The notes under the pieces were generated by a model. That model made no database searches, had not been told where the DNA came from, and worked only from the letters and a program-made list of their open reading frames with translations. A stretch of 64,000 bases of DNA from an uncultured virus (IMG/VR IMGVR_UViG_3300030372_002776). Taxonomy: Duplodnaviria; Heunggongvirae; Uroviricota; Caudoviricetes. The translations under genes were made by a program, and so were the position numbers. Positions 9,228 to 15,516 of the stretch are shown piece by piece; within the stretch, counting starts at the first letter, position 1; each line of letters opens with the position of its first letter. The DNA lies in IMG/VR virus record IMGVR_UViG_3300030372_002776; one strand, given 5' to 3'.

Positions 9228-10955
9228 TTACTCAACTGGTTCAAAGTGGATCTGTCCGTCTTCTGAGACGGCAAAGTCAATCTCCTTTGTCCTACCAGTA
9301 GTTCGGTCATAGAAGAGGCATGATGCTACTCCGGCGCGACCAGTAAGACGATTTTTAAGTACTCGAATAGTTGTTGTATTAGCTACGACAGTGTTCTCAT
9401 TCTGGCGGTCTCGCTCAAGGGCAATGACAGTGTTGGGTACACTGGCAAGCGATCCAGAGCCACGAAGATCTTGTAGGGTAATTCGATCCCCTTCTTCATA
9501 AGCCTTCTGTGTCTTCTTAAGCTGAGATACTACGTCGATTCGGACACCAGTACGAGAGACTAGAGCGCGTAGTTCCTTCATCAAGTTGTCGATAATGAGT
9601 CGCTCAGATCCGCCACCGTCGATGTCCTTCTCATTAGATCCAGCCATGCCAACAGCAGCGGCTGTAATGTGATCTAGAACAATAACATCTACACCAAGAG
9701 ACACAGCCATAAACTCCATACGGGCAGCAAGATTCTGTAGTGCATTGTTGCCAAGGTGGTCATAGATGTAGAAGCTAGTTCCTGTAAGCTTTTCTCTAGC
9801 TTGAGCATACTCTTCGTCTGTAAGATCATCTACAATCTCTACATCAACGGGGTCTTTGCCCATCTTTTGTCTAAGCTCGTTCATTGTACGAGCAGCTTTG
9901 ATAGCACGGACTGGCTTGTTAATTAGCAAGCTAATCATATCTTCGATAGTTTCTTGAGGAGACTCCTCAAGCATGATAGCACCTACGGATCTACCTTCTT
10001 CAAGGTGGTGGCACATCATCTCTCGTAGGATAGTAGACTTACCAGAGCCAGTACCTGAGGTCCATAGAGTAATCTCCCCTGATCGTTGTCCGATAAGGAA
10101 GTCAGTAAGCCTGTCGTATGGAAATGGATAGACTCTGCCTTCCAATACGTTGGTTTCTGCAACAACATTAGAGACATGTAGGATCTCATCTGGTGAGTAT
10201 AAAGGAGCCTGCCATGTAGCGTTGACCACAGCCTTGCCCTCGCCCTTGACTAGACACTCGTTAGCATCCTTGTAAGGTAGCGATGCAATCCTGCACTTAC
10301 CGGGAGGCAACAACTCGGCAACTTCCTTGGCTGCTTCACGACCGGGATCGTCTTGATCAAACATGATAACAATCTCATCGTAGCTTGTAACAAACTCAAG
10401 GTTATCCTTAATTGATCGTGCTGCTCCCTTAGCTCCAGCAGGGACCGACACAACAGGCCAGCTATTGTTAAGTAGCTGATTGACAGTCATCGCATCAATC
10501 TCACCCTCGGTGATAACAAGACGCTTTGCATTACTGTGCTGATTAGTCCAGATGTGCTGCCCGAATAGAGGAGAGTTCTTAGCTGACCCCTTCCAGAAGA
10601 AAGATTTATCTGGGCCTCTTAGCTTCTGTCCTACAATAGTAGTATCCTTGTAGTAATTAGCGATATGTACATCCTTACCGTTAATACGAGCAACTTGATA
10701 TCCATAAATACGGGCTGTCTTCTCAGTAATACCTCGATCAGATAAACCAACAAATGATCCGGTATGAGGCTTAAACTTCACAGTAGAAGTGTGAGTAGTA
10801 GTCATACAGTTAGAGTTTCCTTTGCTTTTTTCATAATGCCCACAACTAAAACAGTAGCAGCTACCATCATCGTATACGGCCATGTTATCTTCAGAGTTAT
10901 CGCGTCCGTTCGAGGCACACGATGGACACTGGCTGCGTTCAATCACTGTTCCCAT
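9228..10955 (-). CDS. DNA primase-helicase, T7 gp4-like
   Basis: Zn finger CPSC...CFSC, TOPRIM 'ITEGEIDAM' and 'FDQDDPG', Walker A 'SGTGSGKST', 'LDHIT', 'DLRGSGSL', 'LKNRLTG'. Confidence 0.96.
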   Translation of the reverse strand: MGTVIERSQCPSCASNGRDNSEDNMAVYDDGSCYCFSCGHYEKSKGNSNCMTTTHTSTVKFKPHTGSFVGLSDRGITEKTARIYGYQVARINGKDVHIANYYKDTTIVGQKLRGPDKSFFWKGSAKNSPLFGQHIWTNQHSNAKRLVITEGEIDAMTVNQLLNNSWPVVSVPAGAKGAARSIKDNLEFVTSYDEIVIMFDQDDPGREAAKEVAELLPPGKCRIASLPYKDANECLVKGEGKAVVNATWQAPLYSPDEILHVSNVVAETNVLEGRVYPFPYDRLTDFLIGQRSGEITLWTSGTGSGKSTILREMMCHHLEEGRSVGAIMLEESPQETIEDMISLLINKPVRAIKAARTMNELRQKMGKDPVDVEIVDDLTDEEYAQAREKLTGTSFYIYDHLGNNALQNLAARMEFMAVSLGVDVIVLDHITAAAVGMAGSNEKDIDGGGSERLIIDNLMKELRALVSRTGVRIDVVSQLKKTQKAYEEGDRITLQDLRGSGSLASVPNTVIALERDRQNENTVVANTTTIRVLKNRLTGRAGVASCLFYDRTTGRTKEIDFAVSEDGQIHFEPVE

Positions 10956-11424
10956 TATAGTTCTCCAATACATTTCTAATTTTCTTTAGTTCTCCGCAAA
11001 CCCAAGATCTAGATTTACCAAGCTTTTTTCCTATAACATCTTGAGTTTCGTTTTGTATTTTCATACTGACGATAATCTTTTGTTTATCTGTCAATTCTTC
11101 TAAACATTCATACGATAGATCATTAAATGTTTTGCAATCTAAAACAGACATATCTAGATTTGTTTTATTATTGTACCTTCTAATCCACTTTCTATCTGCT
11201 TGTTTTCTATATCCCATGTCATGCATGTAATCATAGACAACATCTTTTTTAACTGTGAAGTTAAGGTAGATTTCAATCTTTGTTTTAGTCTCATCAAACT
11301 TCTCTAAACGCTTCCATGCGTGTATTAAAGCACATGAATAAATTTCTTCGTTACTCCATCTAGGACATTTTGTCTTTAAGGAATAAGAAATATTCTTAAT
11401 AAGATCAATATGATTTTCTAACAT
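10939..11424 (-). CDS. Sigma-70/ECF-like factor (regions 2 and 4)
   Basis: 'ALIHAWKRLEKFDETK..IEIYL' (region 2-like); 'LTDKQKIIVSMKIQNETQDVIGKKLGKSRSWV' (region 4 HTH). Confidence 0.7.
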   Translation of the reverse strand: MLENHIDLIKNISYSLKTKCPRWSNEEIYSCALIHAWKRLEKFDETKTKIEIYLNFTVKKDVVYDYMHDMGYRKQADRKWIRRYNNKTNLDMSVLDCKTFNDLSYECLEELTDKQKIIVSMKIQNETQDVIGKKLGKSRSWVCGELKKIRNVLENYNGNSD

Positions 11425-11634
11425 TTAATTCTCCCTTGATTCGATCCACTTTGTTTGTTCATCTAAAAGACAGTTCCATTTTTTTATTTCTTCTTTACAT
11501 ATATTTATTTGTTCTTCTATTACATTTTTTAATTCATCGGAAGCAAGATCGAACATTCTTTTTGAGCTTTTTACCGTGAAGAATATTTTATATGAGTCAT
11601 CTAAATGTTTTATTTTAATCCAAGGTGTATTCAT
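11425..11634 (-). CDS. Hypothetical protein starting 2 nt after tRNA-Lys
   Basis: MNTPWIKIKH...; the longer ORF-track start lies inside the tRNA. Confidence 0.6.
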   Translation of the reverse strand: MNTPWIKIKHLDDSYKIFFTVKSSKRMFDLASDELKNVIEEQINICKEEIKKWNCLLDEQTKWIESREN

Positions 11635-11636
11635 AA

Positions 11637-11709
11637 TACCCCCGGTTGGACTTGAACCAACGACCAATCGGTTAAAAGCCGATTGCTCTACCAACTGAGC
11701 TACGGAGGC
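11637..11709 (-). tRNA. tRNA-Lys(UUU), CCA not encoded
   Basis: Acceptor GCCTCCG/CGGGGGT; D arm GCTCAGTTGGTAGAGC; anticodon arm ATCGG-CTTTTAA-CCGAT; T loop TTCAAGT. Confidence 0.93.
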
Positions 11710-11731
11710 ATACTGTTAAGGCTAATCAGAT

Positions 11732-11974
11732 TCACTGATTTTTGCCTACCAACCAACAGAAGAATTTAGAAGAACACTTTTGTTTCTTTCCACAAGGACA
11801 TGATTGAATATCCTCTGGATTCTTCTTTGCTCTTGTAAGACCACGTTCTACTTCAGAATCTGTAAGTAGGATTTGATAACTAGATCCCTTGTAATTAACA
11901 GATGACTGCCAATAGTTCTTGGCTTCTCTACTACTTTTTCTTCCCTTGTTCTTTTTTCGGCTGCAACTTGCCAT
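11732..11974 (-). CDS. Hypothetical basic, Cys-containing protein
   Basis: 80 aa; SD AAGGA upstream of ATG. Confidence 0.55.
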   Translation of the reverse strand: MASCSRKKNKGRKSSREAKNYWQSSVNYKGSSYQILLTDSEVERGLTRAKKNPEDIQSCPCGKKQKCSSKFFCWLVGKNQ

Positions 11975-12122
11975 TTTTTAGTTCCTTTTTTCCAAAAATT
12001 TTATCATAATTATCTCGGTATTGTTCTTCGTCCGTTTTACGACGGACGCTTCCCTTGCCTGCTTGCTGATGCCGCCATTGTTTGCGGCTCCATTTGCATT
12101 CACTATCCCAATCTCTAACCAT
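11931..12122 (-). CDS. Small phage protein ('GKGS..R.....Y..N.DKIFGK' type)
   Basis: 63 aa; ATG 4 nt after the tRNA-Arg discriminator. Confidence 0.6.
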   Translation of the reverse strand: MVRDWDSECKWSRKQWRHQQAGKGSVRRKTDEEQYRDNYDKIFGKKELKNGKLQPKKEQGKKK

Positions 12123-12126
12123 AAAG

Positions 12127-12200
12127 CACTCCCGGCAGGACTCGAACCTGCAACCTGCGGATTAGAAGTCCGCTGCTCTGTCCAGTTGAGCTACGAGAGC
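12127..12200 (-). tRNA. tRNA-Arg(UCU), CCA not encoded
   Basis: Acceptor GCTCTCG/CGGGAGT; anticodon arm GCGGA-CTTCTAA-TCCGC; T arm GCAGG-TTCGAGT-CCTGC. Confidence 0.93.
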
Positions 12201-12547
12201 AAGATGATACCCTCTCTCGTAGTATAGTATATGTTGTCAAATATTTCCAGACACCAAGGCAAACATTTAACACAGGGCTTTGACATCCGCATCTGACCAT
12301 ATCTATTATATCGAAAGTTAATCAAGGTAAGTTTAGTTCTTTGATCAATCTTTCTAAAGGCATCAAGCTCTGAATGTAATTCATTATACCTGTAACCATA
12401 TTTAGCCGCAAGGGGATGTGTCTTATGTTGATTAATGCCGACTGATAATATTTTATTTCCTTTGCAGATAATAGAGCAGTGTTTTTTAGACAACGGATTG
12501 TTAATACAAGTTTGTAATCCTAGTGGTATAAATTGATTTACTTTCAT
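12191..12547 (-). CDS. Zinc-dependent CMP/dCMP-type deaminase
   Basis: 'HCSIICKGNKILSVGIN', 'LHSELDA' (HxE) and 'SKPCVKC' (PCxxC); start at ATG 12547 just after tRNA-Ile. Confidence 0.82.
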   Translation of the reverse strand: MKVNQFIPLGLQTCINNPLSKKHCSIICKGNKILSVGINQHKTHPLAAKYGYRYNELHSELDAFRKIDQRTKLTLINFRYNRYGQMRMSKPCVKCLPWCLEIFDNIYYTTREGIILLS

Positions 12548-12549
12548 AA

Positions 12550-12629
12550 TCCTCAGGGCAGGATTCGAACCTGCGACATGACGGCGATTATAAGTCACCC
12601 GCTACAACGCCTACGCAGCTTGCCTGAGG
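12550..12629 (-). tRNA. tRNA-Ile(UAU) with non-canonical D arm and 8-nt variable region
   Basis: Acceptor CCTCAGG/CCTGAGG plus A; anticodon arm GGTGA-CTTATAA-TCGCC; T arm GCAGG-TTCGAAT-CCTGC. Confidence 0.78.
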
Positions 12630-12633
12630 TAAA

Positions 12634-12664
12634 CCCCCCTGCCTCCAACTCGGAGACAGGAGGG
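12634..12664 (-). other. Strong GC hairpin (terminator or processing signal) just upstream of tRNA-Ile
   Basis: CCCTCCTGTCTCCG-AGT-TGGAGGCAGGGGGG, followed by only TTT. Confidence 0.55.
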
Positions 12665-12665
12665 C

Positions 12666-12800
12666 GGATTGACGGTCCTGCTGGTAAGTTCAACAGAACC
12701 AAGGTAGCGACAAATTAAATCTTGCGAGGCAATTTAGGCAACTAACCAAACTTCGTTATGATTAATTATAAATTAGATTTACTGTCGAACCAATCAAACC
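12666..12800 (-). ncRNA. Putative structured ncRNA between tRNA-Leu and tRNA-Ile
   Basis: Nested helices GGTTTGAT/GTCAATCC, CGACA/TGTCG, TAAATCT/AGATTTA, TAATTAATCA/TGGTTAGTTG and GGTTCTGTTG/CAGCAGGACC; no ORF. Confidence 0.5.
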
Positions 12801-12803
12801 AAA

Positions 12804-12877
12804 TAGCTCCGGTGGGATTCGAACCCACACTGTATGGATTTTAAGTCCACTGCCTCTGCCAATTGGGCTACGGAGCC
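12804..12877 (-). tRNA. tRNA-Leu(UAA) with short variable loop, CCA not encoded
   Basis: Acceptor GGCTCCG/CGGAGCT; anticodon arm GTGGA-CTTAAAA-TCCAT; 5-nt variable loop; T arm GTGGG-TTCGAAT-CCCAC. Confidence 0.9.
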
Positions 12878-12900
12878 AAGAGAGCAGTAGACTATTAAGC

Positions 12901-13335
12901 CTACTGCTCGGTAATACTTATTACAAAGTATCCCTCTTCGCCTTCATCCGCCCAGCTTTTAGAAGCTTCAATAGAAACAATTTGTGAATCATCTACCCAC
13001 AATTTCTTATTTAAACAATCTAAGCAAGCTTTAATACCGTTGTCAACATCCCACTTAGGATAATTAAACTTAGTTGTTTTAGGTTTCTTAACTTTCATAC
13101 TTAAAGACACATGAAGAGGTCCTTGTAACAAAGGATATCCTTCACTAAACACCTCGTCTACTACGCCTGCTGCTTCAGCAATAAACCTTTTGTAAGGCCC
13201 AGCGTAGTAAGCGTGAGGCCTCCCGCCCCGACCCTTAGAGAGCCGGGGCCGGGAAGCCGCTACGGGGTTTAGGGGGAAAACCCACTCAAGGGAGTCTTTA
13301 GAACGGAAGGTCATTATCTGTAATGTCTTCCACAT
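12901..13335 (-). CDS. rusA: RusA-family Holliday junction resolvase (start uncertain)
   Basis: 'PVAASRPR' and 'KWDVDNGIKACLDCLNKKLWVDDSQIV' (RusA D-x-D-N..K...D...DD pattern). Confidence 0.85.
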   Translation of the reverse strand: MWKTLQIMTFRSKDSLEWVFPLNPVAASRPRLSKGRGGRPHAYYAGPYKRFIAEAAGVVDEVFSEGYPLLQGPLHVSLSMKVKKPKTTKFNYPKWDVDNGIKACLDCLNKKLWVDDSQIVSIEASKSWADEGEEGYFVISITEQ

Positions 13336-13858
13336 CTACTGAAGTTTCATCTGTATGAATAGACGATTCTGTAGTAGCAGCTACGGGAGCCTTATAATCA
13401 GATCCATCAAAGCCTTCAGTCTTTGCAAATCCACCAGTATCTTCATATGGCTTCTTATCAATAATCTGAACGCCGCTTAGGAATAGACTCATTGAAGAGT
13501 CTCGGTCAAGAATCATAGGTGTCAGCTTAAGCTTAACCTTGTCTCCACCAAAAGCAATTGCTTCAGTCTTTTGAGCATTTGCGTCATAACAAGGAAAGAT
13601 CTCTTGTCCCTTCTTAGTGAAGGAAGAAGTCTTGGCCTTAATAAGAGTAACACCATCTTCGGTAGTCCTCATGCCATTAATCTTAGTAGCATTGTGATCA
13701 GTCTTAAGCTTGTCAAGCTGAGTCTGAAGCTCGTCATTAACAACAACAGTAATGTTGTGGTTTCCGGGCTTACCAAACTTATCATCAATCTTGTGGAGGA
13801 ATGCCCATTGAACGTCAAGGGTTCCGGTAACAAAAGTAGCTGGCTTATTCTTCGTCAT
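13298..13858 (-). CDS. Single-stranded DNA-binding protein, T7 gp2.5-like
   Basis: 'WAFLHKIDDKFG', 'GGDKVKL', 'SLFLSGVQIID'; acidic tail ending in LPF; syntenic position. Confidence 0.85.
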   Translation of the reverse strand: MTKNKPATFVTGTLDVQWAFLHKIDDKFGKPGNHNITVVVNDELQTQLDKLKTDHNATKINGMRTTEDGVTLIKAKTSSFTKKGQEIFPCYDANAQKTEAIAFGGDKVKLKLTPMILDRDSSMSLFLSGVQIIDKKPYEDTGGFAKTEGFDGSDYKAPVAATTESSIHTDETSVDVEDITDNDLPF

Positions 13859-14075
13859 TATTAGTATCTCCTTCGTGAATTTCTTCTGGGTTGTCTTTAT
13901 TAGCCTGAACAATTAGGCCATTTACATCATCCTTAATTCTTCGTGAAATCTGTTCTAGCGAATCAGCAAGACTAGCTAGATATCCCAATACAATCTCAAG
14001 TGAGATAGCAGGAACTTGGGAATCTTTAGTATCTTCAGATACTTCTTCTTTAATTTCTTCGGTTAAGTTATCCAT
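13845..14075 (-). CDS. Hypothetical acidic protein
   Basis: SD AAAGGAG before ATG 14075. Confidence 0.6.
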   Translation of the reverse strand: MDNLTEEIKEEVSEDTKDSQVPAISLEIVLGYLASLADSLEQISRRIKDDVNGLIVQANKDNPEEIHEGDTNNDEE

Positions 14076-14122
14076 AATTACTCCTTTCTTACCTACCAAA
14101 TCGGATAAAGGGTCTCAAGATT

Positions 14123-14233
14123 TCAATTCTTTCTTCCACTTTTCCTTACGCCATATTTGTTTTTCTTAGAACGACGAGGCTTTCCTGCTGTTCGTCCTCT
14201 AAATTCTTTAAAGTTTAGTTTCTTATTGCTCAT
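14123..14233 (-). CDS. Small basic peptide (36 aa), not in ORF track
   Basis: MSNKKLNFKEFRGRTAGKPRRSKKNKYGVRKSGRKN; ATGA overlap with the upstream stop. Confidence 0.4.
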   Translation of the reverse strand: MSNKKLNFKEFRGRTAGKPRRSKKNKYGVRKSGRKN

Positions 14234-14889
14234 AGATCCATAAGCTCCAGATAAGGATGCCCATCAATAACAACTCCGCAAGAAACAATAGGCTTTCTTA
14301 AGCAGTTGCTTCCGTAGTCCATTGCAATGTGTTTAATGTCCACACCGCATCCTACGTTCATTCCAAAAAGGCGGGTATTAGGCCCAGCAAGCCAATTAAT
14401 ACTGGCAACAGAATGACAATGGCCGCTGACTGTGGACATTGCTCTAGACTTTGCTGCATTAAAGGAAGGATACTGTCCACCAGCCCCTGTCCCATGATGA
14501 TAGAATACGCCATCGATGACAAAAGAATACTCCCATTCCCAACGAGGGGTTTGATAAATATCCGCATAATCTCTAAGATACATTTGCGGAATACCTACTT
14601 CACTACTTAATTTCATAACTCGTTCGTCATGATTGCCAATGCAAACCTTTGCTTTAGGACAAAGACGTTTCCATTTAGCCATCCTATCAAAAGCTTCTTT
14701 GAATTCTTGCATTGGTCCGCCAGATTCAACGTGCTTCTTATGGAATGAAATATTATGATGATCTAAAACATCACCAATAAATATAGTAGTATCTGTTTTA
14801 TACTTTCTCTTTATTTTTTTGACGAACTCAAAGTAACCATTCTTTTCTGCTGGTAAATGTAAGTCGCCGATTACTAAAACTCTACTCAT
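14230..14889 (-). CDS. Calcineurin-like metallophosphoesterase
   Basis: 'GDLH', 'GDVLD', 'GNHD', 'HHG' and 'GHCH' motifs. Confidence 0.9.
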   Translation of the reverse strand: MSRVLVIGDLHLPAEKNGYFEFVKKIKRKYKTDTTIFIGDVLDHHNISFHKKHVESGGPMQEFKEAFDRMAKWKRLCPKAKVCIGNHDERVMKLSSEVGIPQMYLRDYADIYQTPRWEWEYSFVIDGVFYHHGTGAGGQYPSFNAAKSRAMSTVSGHCHSVASINWLAGPNTRLFGMNVGCGVDIKHIAMDYGSNCLRKPIVSCGVVIDGHPYLELMDL

Positions 14890-14891
14890 TA

Positions 14892-15134
14892 TTACACCTC
14901 ACTAAGTCCCTCGTCTTCTTCTGCCGGTACAATCAAGTGTAGATTGAACCCGTTAGACGGAGATACTTGTTGTTTAAGAAAAGAGTCAAATAAATTTACT
15001 GTAAAGATTTTCATCATTGCTTTGCAATTAAACTCAATGCACATGTTTGTATCTTGTAGTTTCGCTAATTTGACTGCTTGATCTAAAGCTAATTCCATTT
15101 CCCCTTCGTTTTCAACATGAAGACATCCCATCAT
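14892..15134 (-). CDS. Hypothetical protein
   Basis: 80 aa; SD GGGAG; tightly packed. Confidence 0.55.
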   Translation of the reverse strand: MMGCLHVENEGEMELALDQAVKLAKLQDTNMCIEFNCKAMMKIFTVNLFDSFLKQQVSPSNGFNLHLIVPAEEDEGLSEV

Positions 15135-15516
15135 TTTCTCCCTTGAGATTTATACATTTAATTATCATTCCCCTTGGAATGACGTTAACGCTACCTGTTT
15201 CTTCCGGTCCTATTGTATCCGTTACTGCAATAAAGTCTTCTGTTTCGTTAAGAATAAAACCAACAGTATTCATAATGGGAGGAGATGAATTAGAATACTT
15301 CATAGCATCTTCTGCGTAAACCCATTCAGGTCCGCCATGAGTTGCAGCATCTTTCCACTTAATCCAAACAAATTTAGGAAAAGAGATAATCTGATTTAAG
15401 AACTCTTGAGATCTCGAATCTTCCTCGCTCTGGGACAGAGGGGAGTGTAAGGTCCGTGTTTCTCTCGATCTCTTCTTTAAATGTCTGTAATTGATTTTCT
15501 TCATGAATTTTAACAA
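15112..15516 (-). CDS. Phage hypothetical protein (true start probably near the RNAP stop)
   Basis: 'VWIKWKDA...TVGFIL...IPRGMI' looks like a genuine small beta-rich phage domain. Confidence 0.55.
   Translation of the reverse strand: MLKFMKKINYRHLKKRSRETRTLHSPLSQSEEDSRSQEFLNQIISFPKFVWIKWKDAATHGGPEWVYAEDAMKYSNSSPPIMNTVGFILNETEDFIAVTDTIGPEETGSVNVIPRGMIIKCINLKGENDGMSSC

Noticed and set aside
11425..12718. ORF-track N-terminal extensions and ORFs overlapping tRNAs (e.g. 12115-12300, 12021-12227, 12533-12718)
   Set aside because: They are translations of tRNA sequence
12666..12800. A true tmRNA gene
   Set aside because: No T arm, no G3-U70 alanine acceptor and no pseudoknots; the LVA-ending frame is paired within a stem. 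Kept only as an unclassified RNA
11710..12910. GSCTTAAYAGT seen upstream of tRNA-Lys and tRNA-Leu as a phage RNAP promoter
   Set aside because: Only two short copies and none found upstream of late genes; no genome-wide promoter consensus could be established by eye
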